Assembly (NCBI GenBank): GCA_054600435.1
Contig: BAAIJX010000011.1
Location: forward strand, 124,001-188,000
Length of the DNA: 64,000 bases
Origin: Neophaeotheca triangularis
Lineage: Eukaryota
Direction of reading: 5' to 3'
The position numbers and the translations under genes are program-made. Positions 46,431-58,475 of this stretch are shown in pieces; within the stretch, counting starts at the first letter, position 1; each line of letters starts with the position of its first letter. The notes below the pieces were generated by a model that was not told the DNA's origin, did not search any database, and saw nothing but the letters and a program-made list of their open reading frames with translations.

Positions 46431-47728
46431 TGGTCTAGAATTGTCTCTCTTGGGCATGTTGAAAGTACCTACATACATACGGTAGTCTAGCGGACAGGGA
46501 TAAAAGGAGACTGCAGCTTGAAAGGTCACAGTAGTGCTAGTAGTGTAGTAGAAGTACATAAATGTGTTGGAGCGCGAGAGGCACCACGTGAGTCCAGTGC
46601 TCGCTCACTGCTGCGTGGGCGGTTTCGGACAACAAAAGGTCGCGCCATGGCCGTTGATGTTCTATTCAATATTAAGACGACGTGCGTTTGTGATGCTGTG
46701 TCTGGCCGACCGCCACACTACTGCTGCTCTCTGCAGAAACGTCTCCACTCGTTCGCTCGTTCGTTCGTTCACGACTCCTGCTGCTGCTGCTGCTTTGTCT
46801 CGTCAGGCGCCAACCATCAGACCCCAGGTACATCGTAACACACCCAAAGGTAAGTAGAGGTAGCTCATGCTCGGTTCTGCCCTTGTCTCTTCTACTACCT
46901 TACCTACTAGTACCCAAGGTACCTTACCCATCTACCTCTGCTTGCTCTCTACCTTTCTACACTTGCAACAGATCAGACTGTTTTTGATGTTTCTCATTAA
47001 CTACCTTAGGTACCTCTAGGCTGTACCTTACTAAGACTTCTGGCCAAGACTTCTGGCCACTAAGACTTCTGATACTCCACCAAAACTTCTGTCCAGACTG
47101 TCGATCGGTCGCGCCTGCTCGATCTCGGGGTGGGTCTCTTCTGGCGGCCCGTGCACCGCTTTTTCGCGCGCGCTTTGACTTTCCTCCAGGGAGCAGGAAC
47201 TGCGGTAGCTCCCTCCTACCGCTCGCTCCGTCCCCGACCCCGACCTTCACCACCTGCACACTTCAAACACTACTACCTACCTTGCCTTACCTTATTACTC
47301 CTACCACCAAGTCACGACTACTTTCGAATCGCACACACCCGCCAGCTACCCGCGCGACTTGCGCGCATCCTCACCATAACCCTCGCTCACCACATTGCTG
47401 GCCGACGACTTCTCTCTATTCGCGCGCATCGCTATGCCTTGCTGAGAGCGCGACCGTACTTGCGACGACATCAGACCGCGACTTGCTTGCGCCCGCTGCA
47501 ACACACCCGCACGGCTTGACGACTTGACAAGACCTTGCGTGCCAGAGACTACATCTACCTTACTGCCCATCCATTCATCTGCCTTCGCTCCAACGCCTCT
47601 GCTATCGCGCATTCCACCTTAGCATCGCGCCGTCGAGCGCACCAATCCGCCACCTCATTCTTACATCCTCACCTCACCCGACCCGACCCGACCATTTGCG
47701 ACAAGTCGCACCTCACTTCACCTCAATA

Positions 47729-49735
47729 ATGTCGCCTCCTCCTTCGCGTCCCGCCTTGCACATCCCTCTACCTCCCGCCATGGCTCCTCGCTTCTCCGAC
47801 AACCATAACCACATCATCCCAAAGACCCCCGACCAACTTCAAGAACAACCACCGGCCATGAACCCGCCGCCGCCACCGCGTCAAGCCTACAGGGTGAGGA
47901 GAAAGCGAGCCAGCGCGCCCGCGCCTTTTCAGATCTACGAAGAGCCAGACGTCACGTCCACAGACGCAACAGATAACATCATCCCTACAATCGAGACATC
48001 AGAGCCTGCCTCCGACATGTCAAGCCCAGTGCTTCATGCGACACCTTCAGCGCATGGCCTGCTGGCTCCCTTGCCTGCACTTCGTCGCCTGGTCACTCCC
48101 CCCAAGACTCCTGCTCCGAGGCTCAACGATGGCTTTCATCCAACCGGCCAACATGCACACGAGTGGGACCTCATCAACGACAGCAATAGGCCCACATTTG
48201 AGCGCACCGGCTCGGTTGGCTCATCTTTCTCCGATTCTTCAGTCTCCTCATATGGCAGCTCAGCATTCTCCCTTCCAAATGAAAGCTGTACCAGCCCAGA
48301 GAGTGCCTCTACCGATCCTTTCATGGAGGACGACTACGAGGGATCAGAAGACAAGATCTCCTTCTCGCCAAAGGAAGAGGGCGGAAGTGCCAAGCGCATC
48401 AAAACCCACAACAAGGGCATCAAGTGGACTCCTGAGATGGACGAACACCTGTGGATGACTTACATGAAATACGTTTCGGACCCTACCCTCACCCCTTTCA
48501 AGATGCTGCCAGGTACCGCCCCGCCTCTCGGTGTCTGCCACCGCGTTGCAGCCAAAGCGAAGAAGACTTGGACCCCCAAACGCGCTACCACTCCTAGCAA
48601 CCTCGACAACATCATGGCTTCCAGCCCAGCTCCACGCGGAGGCTCCCCAGACACCATTCGTCCCACTGATGGCTCGGCCGGCAAGGACTCGAAGCAGCCT
48701 AAGTGGCCACGATCCGAGTCCGCCACCCGTCGCAGACTTCGCCATCTGTGCAAGCGCAAGCCATTCCTCGCTTGTCACTATCAGCGCCTCCTCAGGACAC
48801 GCTCGCCATCGCCGTTTCTATCCTCAAGCTCTGTTTCCCATTCATCATCGTCGACTGTGATGGCGCCCACACAGCAATCGTCTGCATTGTCAGGACGCGG
48901 CACGGGCTTGTCGCTCGCCACTTCTACTGCTCCTTCTATGCAGCCTGACGCAGTCGCCACAGAAGTTTCCGAGGGAACCGAAGCCGCGGCACGTCCCCAC
49001 TCTCAGCGTTCAAGACGTCCGCCAGACTGGTTTGCTCGCATTGGTCGTTCTCAAGCCCACCAGAAGAGCGCTTCCTTGCAGAGTGGTCTCGGTATAGGAC
49101 AGATTGCGTCTCGCCCAGCCACTGCTCAAGGTCTCGCTTCGCCATTTGATGAGGATGACGCCAAGGCTCATATGTTGCATAGCATGTCCAACACAAAGTC
49201 TCTTGGCAGAAAAGAGTTTGACAAGAAGAACGGAGCCGGACCGTCTCTGGATTCACCATTCCAAGGTGTTCAGGGCGCGCCGACTATGCCTCGCTCTCTC
49301 AAACGTCGCTTCAGGGCTGACGATGAGAAGAAACGCATTCCCGTGCAGAACCTCTTCAGCGAGGAACCAGCGAGTAGTGCTCAGACTGTGCGTCACCGCG
49401 GCTATAGCGTGGGCGCTGTGCGTACTTCAGAACACCTCTCCAGCCTCTTTTCTTCGGATGGCGACAGTGTCATGTCTGATGCACCCGAGGCACCAGTTGA
49501 GCCGATTAAACAGACTCGCGCTCCAAGTCAAGTGCACCGTTCTGCGCCCCGACGTTTTGCTGAGCCAACGCCACGTCTTGGTTCTCCCTTCACCGAAGCG
49601 CCTCAGCGCAACACTTTCCCTCGCAGCTACGTGCCGAGCCCAAACAATCCACAGCCTTTCCAGCAGCGGCTGAGGGAGCTTGCAGTTCAACATGCCCGCG
49701 AGCAAGGACAGCAGCAGTCGGAAGATCCATTTTGA
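47729..49735 (+). CDS. Hypothetical fungal protein, Ser/Pro-rich, with a short ordered Trp-containing domain
   Basis: Intronless ORF of about 668 codons from ATG 47729. Ordered blocks KWTPEMDEHLW...DPTLTPF...PPLGVCHRVA and WPRSESATRRRLRHLCKRK. Many SP/TP sites. Confidence 0.85.
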   Translation: MSPPPSRPALHIPLPPAMAPRFSDNHNHIIPKTPDQLQEQPPAMNPPPPPRQAYRVRRKRASAPAPFQIYEEPDVTSTDATDNIIPTIETSEPASDMSSPVLHATPSAHGLLAPLPALRRLVTPPKTPAPRLNDGFHPTGQHAHEWDLINDSNRPTFERTGSVGSSFSDSSVSSYGSSAFSLPNESCTSPESASTDPFMEDDYEGSEDKISFSPKEEGGSAKRIKTHNKGIKWTPEMDEHLWMTYMKYVSDPTLTPFKMLPGTAPPLGVCHRVAAKAKKTWTPKRATTPSNLDNIMASSPAPRGGSPDTIRPTDGSAGKDSKQPKWPRSESATRRRLRHLCKRKPFLACHYQRLLRTRSPSPFLSSSSVSHSSSSTVMAPTQQSSALSGRGTGLSLATSTAPSMQPDAVATEVSEGTEAAARPHSQRSRRPPDWFARIGRSQAHQKSASLQSGLGIGQIASRPATAQGLASPFDEDDAKAHMLHSMSNTKSLGRKEFDKKNGAGPSLDSPFQGVQGAPTMPRSLKRRFRADDEKKRIPVQNLFSEEPASSAQTVRHRGYSVGAVRTSEHLSSLFSSDGDSVMSDAPEAPVEPIKQTRAPSQVHRSAPRRFAEPTPRLGSPFTEAPQRNTFPRSYVPSPNNPQPFQQRLRELAVQHAREQGQQQSEDPF

Positions 49736-51419
49736 GCTCTTTCCGTTTCTCGAGGTTATAAAAGGCATTAGCAAGGTGTTTCACCCTCGGATGGGTGCAC
49801 AAGAACGAATCCGTTACGTTGCACATACGGAGGCGACTAGAAAGGCGTTTTCACTAAACATCATCACAACAACGACAGTCGAGATTGCATCCAGACACGG
49901 CGTTACCAATCACATCCCATTCATCTGCCCCCAAAACAAGGCGTTTCCGGCACGACACACTTATGAGTACACGACACGACACTAAAATACCCCATTTCGA
50001 ATGCATTGCACGGCCCCAATTTTGGGCATTCTTTTCCGACATTGCACCTTCGTGGTAGCATTATATCTTCAATTCAAAGTTTCGATTCTTTTCGGCATGG
50101 TCATCCTCTGCAGATGACACTTTCGTCGACTCCAAAACACACATATTTCGGCCATGGTGTGCTTCAATCTCGTCTCACATCACGTCCTTTCTGCGCCGCC
50201 AATTCAATTTCCCGCCAACGCCCGAACTATCGACATCAAGAGCCTCTCAAAGCGGCCGGCCCGGACCTACTCGACATTTTCTACGACTTCACCGTGTGGA
50301 TATGGGGGGAGAAAAGGGTGTGGACTGCTTTTGAAGGAGGACGCGAACAAAGCGTGAGATCTAGACTTGCTTTACGGGAAACCACATGGCGGCTATTTTC
50401 CTTTTCCCCCTTTTTTCCTTTCAAACTATCAGTGCCATCAAACACTGTGCTAATAATTATTCTCCCCTGCTGCTACTAGCAAATACACATAGCTCAATAC
50501 CAACAAGCGTTACCCAACCACTCAAACTCTTACCCAAAAAGACCATCAGCTAACCTCAAGCTCGAGACACCTCACCTCAGTACTGTCCCAATCCCCACAA
50601 GCCTTGAACCAACCATCAGAAACGCTTCCCTGCGCACTCGACTCTTTACCCGCCCCCCCTTCCCTCCCCGATGCGTCAAAACCCATCCGCCCACATACTA
50701 AGAATAATTACTAGACCTATCGAACCGTGTGCCCAGGGACACGGCTTCCAGCCCCAACTTTTTCCGCCAACATTCTCTTTCTCTTGGGGCTTTCCGATCG
50801 TGACTGCTTTTGAACATTCCCTCCCGGCTTCCGTTACCCAGATTGTGGGTTTCCGGTTGTTGAAGTGTTGGTGAATCTACTCGAGCACCTCTGCTGTCAT
50901 GTTGCTGCCTTGTATTTTCCCTCCCTCTGAGTAGTGAGATATGTTTCGATGCTCATAGTGGCCTCTACAACTGCTCGGCTCGTGAGAAGCGCTTACTATC
51001 TGTCCAGGAAGGAACCAAAGACGGTACGCTGCAAGACCGCCTTCCGCTGAAATTACACCGTGTACGAACGCTTGAAAACCGGTCCTCGTGGAGTCAAGTC
51101 CCCAGGCTAACCGTACTGGGGGCGGGGGGCGGGATTTTGTTATGTCCTATTGGGAGAAGGGCGACAACGACGTCAACAAGTCCGAACCCGCCACCACCGA
51201 CCCACCGCTCTCCAACACCACCGGCGTCAGAAACCTCCACCACACCAGCCCCCCCACCCAGCGTCCACTTCAAAGCACCCTCCCCCAGCGGCGTCGAGAA
51301 ACCACCGGCAACGACGGCGGCAATCCCGATTTCCATCTCCCCACTCTCGTCAGCAGCAAATCCCCCCACCCCCCAAAACTCTCGCCTCACTAATAGCTAC
51401 CCCATCACCTACCTTTCTT

Positions 51420-51923
51420 TCAAGTAGAGACTCTCAACCGCGCTTCCGCCGTTACGGCGACGCTTTGATGCTCGCTTTCGCTTTTGAGAATGCTGGCGGT
51501 TAGGCTGGGGGTGGCGTTTGCGCTTGTGGTTGTGCTTGGGTTTGGGGTTGGAACGCCGGTTGGTTGGGGGTTGGCTGGGAGGATTCCTCGTCTCGAGGTG
51601 TTGTGTAGATTGAGCGGTTGGGGAGGGTGGGTTTGTAGCTTGCTGGAGTGATTGAGGGGATTGGGAAAGGGGTCTCGAGGGCGCGGGGACTGTGGATCCA
51701 GAGTCGGGGGTTGGTGGGGGAAAGGGTTGGCGTTGGTTAGGTGAGCGTGTTGGAGGTATCCGGAAGGGGTGTTGTTGAGACTGGTTGGGTTTGGGTTTGG
51801 CGACGGGGTTTGGAAAAAAGGTGGTTGTTGTCCTTGACGTGGCTGAACAGACTCCCACGCACGCTCACGGTGAGGATCGCTGTGCACTGCGTTGGCTTTC
51901 TCAATCGTGTGACGAGGATCCAT
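51420..51923 (-). CDS. Possible orphan Pro/Asn-rich ORF (167 aa)
   Basis: ATG-initiated ORF in an otherwise empty gap. No recognisable motif, so it may be non-coding. Confidence 0.25.
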   Translation of the reverse strand: MDPRHTIEKANAVHSDPHRERAWESVQPRQGQQPPFFQTPSPNPNPTSLNNTPSGYLQHAHLTNANPFPHQPPTLDPQSPRPRDPFPNPLNHSSKLQTHPPQPLNLHNTSRRGILPANPQPTGVPTPNPSTTTSANATPSLTASILKSESEHQSVAVTAEARLRVST

Positions 51924-52380
51924 AGTAAGTACCTGGCGCTCGCGCGAGAACCTGTTCTACGACACCAATGCCAAAGCACCACCGAAGCATGACTGCCTTG
52001 ATAGTTGCGAGTCGAGCTTGTTGCGGTCGTTTCCAGCAATGAGCAGAACTTTGTATGGAAGTGTGAGGCAAGACCCCCTTGATAGTGTCGAGATTCAGCA
52101 TTGCAAGCTTGCATTCCTCGAATCTATAAGCCTCTATAAAGTTTGCAAAGCAAGCTTACACAAGGTCTATCGCGGTTTCGGGCCTACCTTGCGTTTGATC
52201 AGTTAAGCGTAAAGGAAACAATTACTGTACACATAATACAAAATTCCTTTCCCTCTACTCAGTACAACCCGCTGATTTTGACGCCGCCAAACCAACGCTC
52301 CAGAAGGCCCCATTGTAATAGGTTCGATGAGATCAGGATTGACCCTTGGTAGACACCTTTGCACGCCTCATTACGGCCAT

Positions 52381-53770
52381 TTACAAGTATTTCTTGGGGG
52401 CACCCGCCCGTCTCCTTTTGTACACAATGTACGCGCCTGCGAGCATGACTTGGACTCCCACAAAGATGAAGATCATCATCCCCATCCTCGGTGCACTGGC
52501 TGTAACAACTGCGAAGAAGAAAAGAGTCAGCGAAAACTTCTCGATACCGCGATTTGCGTTCCGGGTTTGAGTGTGGAGAAAGGGATTTGTGGTACTTACT
52601 GCGGCCGAGAGTATCGGGCAAATGATCTGTCAGACCTCCCTTCATGGTATCGACAGCCTGTTGCAAGCTGTTCAGATGCTCCCGGTAATCTTTGCTCTCG
52701 ACATCCCGCAGAACTCTGGAGAGTGTCTTGTCCATGCCTTCGAGCTTGCGGTTCATGCTGTTGATTGTATCAGTTGGCACGGCGGGCATGCGCGCCAGCA
52801 TCTCGTTGTGGCGCTCCTCCATCTTGCGGGAGAGCTTGTCAATGTCGGAGAAGATGTTGGCGACCTGGTGGGTCAGGCCTTGGAGGCGGTTGTGGAGGTC
52901 CTCAAATTGCTCTTGAGAGCTGTGGAACATGTCGGCGGTGCTGTCTGGAACAGCTTCAGGGGCGCCCGGGAATGCGTCGATTTTGTCATTGTCGCGTTTA
53001 GGGGGAGGTGCGCCGCCCGCTTGCTTCTCTCCTTGTCCTGGGTTTGAGGATGCAGAATTTCCGGATGAGACAACAAACTTGTTAATTTCGAAAGAATCTG
53101 GGTTCTCGCCAGTCGCGGCTGTAACGCCAAAGTAGTAGCCAGCGGGGAGCGTGATCCTATCGCTGTTAAAGCAGAGCCTGTCGTCAACCTTGACACTCAA
53201 GCCGTTGCTGGTGCTGACGGTGAGTTTACTTGGACGACCAAGGTTTCGGTACGCATAGTCGCAATGCCCAAAAGCCAGACTCTCCATTGAGGTGTGAGAC
53301 TGGAAGTTCTGCCCACCGTCGTTGAGGAAACCGCGAACGCCTCCACCACGGCCACCATATTGATCGACGAGCAAGCCTAGCCCATCGAAGTTGCCCACGG
53401 TATACACACTGCTAGTGTCCACTTGCGACTTGTCTTTGACGAACCACAATTGTAAGTTGCCGCTGCCTTGATCTTGACCCTGCACGCGAAATTCAAGGTC
53501 CGCTGTCCATTGGTCGGTATTGATAGGTTGATCTGCCCAGAGGGCTCCTCGCGCATTGCCAGGGACAGGAGGAGTAAGGATCATACGGTCGCTGAGGATT
53601 TGTACCTGGTGGTTGTTGCTGCTACTGACTTTCCAGCCGGGAATGTTCTGGCCGTCGGTTGATATGGAGGCGCCATGTCCGAAAGACAGGCTGTCCATTA
53701 CGCCCTGAGTGGATGCCGTTGCTGCGAGCAGTAGCCATGTCAGAGGCGTCGACACGGTTGAAGGGACCAT
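52381..53770 (-). CDS. EMP47: L-type lectin cargo receptor Emp46/47 (ERGIC-53-like); intron 52509-52599
   Basis: Signal peptide, lectin domain (ILTPPVPGNARGALW, FDGLGL, AFGHCDY, YFGVTAAT), coiled coil. The spliced last exon gives a transmembrane helix and a KKYL dilysine end. Confidence 0.9.
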
Positions 53771-53840
53771 TCTGTGGTTGGAGGGAAGGAGGGTGCTTGA
53801 TCGAGATACTGTGAGCGAGGTGGGAGTAAACGATTTTGTC

Positions 53841-54026
53841 CTACTCTGTCGGCCTGCGAGCAGTCAATACTCCGCGAATGCCTGTGACGGTGACCCAGCC
53901 GACGACCGCAATGAGAACGATGGAGCGGACCTCGCGGGCAAGATCGAGAGCGGAAGAGGAGAAGTGAAAGGAGTGCACGTGATTGATAGAGCCCGCGTGC
54001 TGTGCTGAGAGGGCGAATTGCTCCAT
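53841..54026 (-). CDS. Candidate 61-aa single-transmembrane microprotein or uORF upstream of EMP47
   Basis: MEQFALSAQHAGSINHVHSFHFSSSALDLAREVRSIVLIAVVGWVTVTGIRGVLTARRPTE, with ATG in CCATGG context and a hydrophobic stretch flanked by Arg. Confidence 0.5.
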   Translation of the reverse strand: MEQFALSAQHAGSINHVHSFHFSSSALDLAREVRSIVLIAVVGWVTVTGIRGVLTARRPTE

Positions 54027-54388
54027 GGAATACGCAGAGTAGATATGAGGTATGGCAGCAGAAATAACAACGTTACATAGTACGTAGTAGTTACAAGCCA
54101 GCAAATAGATCTGAGACAGGCCCAAGCGATGGAGAATCGACCCCTGTCTGTCGACTTCTGACGATACTTGAAGAGCTGCCTGAGAATCCAGGCTCACAGC
54201 GTCGGGCTTGGCTGTCGCCGCAGACCGAGCTGGATCGTCCCGAGCTCTACGACCCATCATCGACTACACCTGAACTGGTGCTACTACAGGTACCCTATTA
54301 CATAGCAACACCGCATCCTCCCGCAACCTCCCACCACCACCCTCTCGCCCCGACCGCCTCTTCACGACCTCTACCCGACCCGCCCAAC

Positions 54389-55503
54389 ATGTCGAACCCC
54401 CAGGAGATGTGGAACAACCTCCAGAAGAACCTACAGAGAGTGCAACAGCAGGGCAAACAGTATGCAAACCACCACACCCCGACAGTACAATGCTATGATA
54501 CTAATGGCACCCCAGATATGGCGGCGCAGGTGGACCAGGTGGACCGGGCCCAAAGAAGGCCCTGGGTGGTATGGCGGGCATACTTCTGCTGGGTGGTGGC
54601 GTCTGGTTCTTCAACAACGCCCTCTTCAACGGTAAAGCTGAACCCACCGCGATCACCACGCGTAGCAGCCGTACTGACACCCCCTTCTAGTCGACGGTGG
54701 TCACCGCGCGATAAAGTACACCCGTCTCTCAGGTGTCGGCAAGGACATCTACTCCGAAGGCACTCACATCAGAGTCCCATGGTTCGAAACTGCCATCACC
54801 TATGATGTCCGCGCCAAACCCCGAAACGTCGCTTCCCTTACCGGTACAAAGGATCTGCAGATGGTGAACATCACTTGCCGTGTTCTCAGCAGACCGCGCG
54901 TGGATGCTCTGCCGCAGATTTACAGGACTTTGGGCACAGACTACGACGAGAGAGTTCTGCCCAGCATTGTCAACGAAGTGCTGAAGAGTGTGGTTGCGCA
55001 ATTCAACGCTAGTCAGCTCATCACGCAGAGAGAGAATGTGAGCAGGCTGGTGCGCGACAACTTGGTGCGGAGAGCGGCGAGATTCAACATCATGCTTGAC
55101 GATGTCTCTCTTACGGTGAGCCTTCTCATACAAACAGCCAGTTCGCTTCATCACTAACACCAAATGCTAGCACCTCGCCTTCTCCCCCGAATTCACAGCA
55201 GCCGTCGAAGCGAAACAAGTCGCCCAGCAAGAAGCCCAGCGCGCCGCTTTCGTCGTCGACAAAGCCAGACAAGAGAAGCAAGCCGCCGTCGTGCGAGCCC
55301 AGGGTGAGGCGCGCTCCGCCGAGCTCATCGGTGATGCCATCAAGAAGTCGCGCTCCTACATCGATCTCAGAGAATTCGACAACGCCAGGACTATTGCGAG
55401 CATATTGGAGAAGAGTCAGAACAAGGTTTACCTCGACACCGAGGGTCTCGGCCTCAATGTCACACAGACCAGTGCCGACAAGGACCGGAGGAGAGAGAAG
55501 TAG
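54389..55503 (+). CDS. PHB2: Prohibitin-2; introns 54460-54515, 54632-54690, 55116-55170
   Basis: [78 protein letters not shown]. Confidence 0.95.
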
Positions 55504-55762
55504 GGGGGTGTCTGCATTTCGATGGGGTCGGTGTGTTTACTAAAGGCTTAGTGTATGAATTGCAAAGTCGGGGCGTGGCGATGGCGTCTAGTGAGCATGG
55601 CGTGGAGCGAATCTCTTTGAGGCTTTCTATGTACAGTTTATCCACTCTGAAAAAAATGTTTACAACCAGATGCGACAGCATTGCTCTTTCTATATTGACA
55701 ACCTTGCGCATTCGGTAGCACAAACGCTCAACGCATTCCCTTTCCAAGCCCAGCTACCTCCC

Positions 55763-58200
55763 TCACAACAGCTCCACCAAATCCCCAACGGCAGGACTAA
55801 CACTCTCCCTGCTCTTCAGCGTCAGCAACGCAGCCCTCTGCGCCAAATCCACCAACTCCTCCACTCTCGCCTCCCTCCCTTGCGCTTTCCGCTTCGCAAG
55901 CCCCGCCACCAGCGTCCCCGCAAAAGTGTCCCCAACCCCATTAACACTCACTACCTCCGCCTCGGGCACCTGTTCCACCGCGGGAAAAAGACGCATATAA
56001 ACCCCGCCTACGGGGCTCTCCACGTTCTCATCTCTACGCGATAGAATGTAAGGCGCGTACTCCGGGCTGGAGAGACGTGCATCGTCAGCGGGTAGGATTT
56101 GCGTCAGTAACACGCCTTCCGGGCCGAGTTTCGTCGCTAGCGAGGGTATGAAGGGGAGGAGTTGGATCGCTTGCTGGGGAACGCCTTGGTCTACGAGGCG
56201 GGAGCTTGTTGCCAGGGCAAGTTTAGTGCGCGCGCCGGTCGAAGGGATTCCCAGGGCGTCGATTGTTTGCCACCAGTCTGCGCGGTCGAAGTACCCGTGC
56301 TCGCGGGCTGAGTGGTACATGGCGGAGAGCTCGTAGGGGTTCGGGGTTGCAAGGTGGATTGTGTGGTGGGGGAAGACGGGGAGGGAGAGAGAGGATGCGT
56401 GGAAGAGGTTGGTGCTTTTGGGCGCGCTGACGGGTTCGAAGGTGATGTGGGTGTTGCTGGTTTGGGCTGAGGCAATCCAGCGAGCGAGGTGCGAGGGCGG
56501 CCAGTTGCCGTCGAGGACGAGGTGGGTGGGTTGGGCTTGTTGGAGTTGCGGTTCCCAAAAGTTTTCAAAGGTGGAGGCTATGGCGGTTTCTTGCTCCAAG
56601 ATGCCCATGTCGGCCATGGCTAGGACCAGGTCTTTGTTGCGGTCGTTGACGGCTATGTACTGAGCTGTGGAGTTTTGGCTGTCCGCTCCGAGGGTTTCAA
56701 TACCGGCGCAGCTCATGTTCCGAGCCGAGAGCGCTTCGAGGACGGCTTTGCCGGCTAGGTCGTCTCCGACAGCGCTGCATAGTTGGACGTTGGCTCCCAT
56801 TAGGTGAGCTGCATGTGCAACGTTGTAGCCGACTCCGCCGATGGACTGTGAGATTGCTGCTGGATTCGAGGTGTTGAGTTGGGGGGCTTTGTTCTCGGCA
56901 TGGCCAGTGTAGTCACATGAGAGATCCATGGCCAGGCTTCCAGCAACGAAGACCTGGGCAGAGACTTTGCGAGGACGCATAGCTTCCTTCTTCCGAGTGC
57001 CCTTGACCACAGGGTCTGGCTTCTCTACTCCTTTCACCCCTGTGGGTCGGACAACAGTATGAACAGAAGGGGTTTCACTGCCGGTGATATGAGTTCCCTG
57101 GTTTGGTTGGTTCGAGTTGGCGGACCCACTCACGCTGCTGGCTCAGCTTCCACCTCTCGCAGAGCCTTTGCAACCTTGGTGCCCCTAACCACATTGCTTT
57201 CGACAAGAGCACGGTTAGACTCTACGCTGTGGTTGCCCGTAAGTTCCTTGATTTTGGAAAGTATGTAGGGCGTGCTCGCTGCGCCAGTGGCACCGTGAGA
57301 CGTGGCGAGGTTGATGGCTTGATATATTGCAGCCTCCATCTCCTGGTGCGGGATGCTATGCTCCTCCGGGATGGGGTTGGCAAATAGTAGACCTGATTGC
57401 AAGCCCAGAGCATTGTGACTGTGGATAACCCTCGCCGCTTCGACCTCATCCAGCAGTGCCTTGGGAGATGCCACCCCACTATCCCGGCTCCAGAAAGCAG
57501 GAAAGTCAACCACATCCGACCCTCTTCCATCCCGGAAAGTGGCCACAGCAACTCCCTGCGTCTCCAAATATTCAAGAGTTTTTGGAATGTCCAAGAAAGA
57601 CTTGCAACCAGAGCTGATGACGGTAATTGGAGTACGACCAAGCTCCGTCAAGTCAGCGGAAACATCCATGGTTTGCTCGACGCCTCTGTGAACGCCACCT
57701 AGTCCGCCCGTAGCAAAGATGGAGATTCCAGCTTGATGAGCCAGGAGGGAAGTGGCTGAAACGGTGGTACCTCCATTGTACCGTCTCCCTTCCTTGTCTC
57801 TGAGACCTAGCGCGAATCCCAGATCACGCCGCGAAAGCTTGAGCATGTTGGTATCACCAGCACCGCTTACCAGACGCATCAGCTCGTCGGCACCGAGTCC
57901 TACCCTGACAATCCCGTCCAGCACGCCAATAGTGGCGGGGACACCACCGTTGACGCGGACGAGTGACTCCAGTCGGGACGCTAAAGCAAGATTGTCCGGG
58001 TAAGGAAAGCCGTGGGTATATATGGTACTTTCGAGAGCAACGACGGGTTTACGCTCGGATAGAGCTTGTTGAACTTCTTCGGAGACTTGAAAGAAGCGAG
58101 TGCTGATTGAACGTCGCTGTCCCGGGCTCTGGCGATGAATGGCTCGCTGAGTTAATGGTTGGAGCCATCTCTGTTGAGTTTGTGGGCGCAGGAAGCTCAT
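55763..58200 (-). CDS. Bifunctional pseudouridine-5'-phosphate glycosidase (PsuG/IndA) fused to a PfkB-family kinase; intron 57078-57133
   Basis: VVALESTIYTHG, GGTTVSAT, ATGGLGGVHRG, DVSADLTELGRT, TPYIL, then kinase motifs SIGGVGYNVA and SVNGVGDTFAG. A 56-nt GTGAGT...ACTCAT...CAG intron joins the two ORFs in frame. Confidence 0.92.
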
Positions 58201-58475
58201 CTTGCCAGATTTGAAAGCAGCGCTTGAGAACGCTCCGAAGTCCTCTGCAGCCTGTTCACAAGCAGGTCTATACCTAGTCTTGCCGGCGTTGAAGACGAGC
58301 CCAATCTTGAGGAGGTGAAGTCAGCCCGGCCTTGGCGTCGTCGCCCTACCTTCCCGTAGTCGCGTCAACTCCAGCTTGAACGACCACCTTTCAATGAGCT
58401 TCGTCCAGACCAACGTACGTGAGCTCTAGCGAGCATTGGATTGCTTTTTAGACTTCGCCAATCCAATCGCATACC

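Noticed and set aside
57130..57133. Overlapping stop/start (GTGA) between the glycosidase and kinase ORFs, resembling a bacterial psuG-psuK operon or a frameshift
   Set aside because: The GTGAGT is a splice donor, and a canonical 56-nt intron joins the ORFs in frame.
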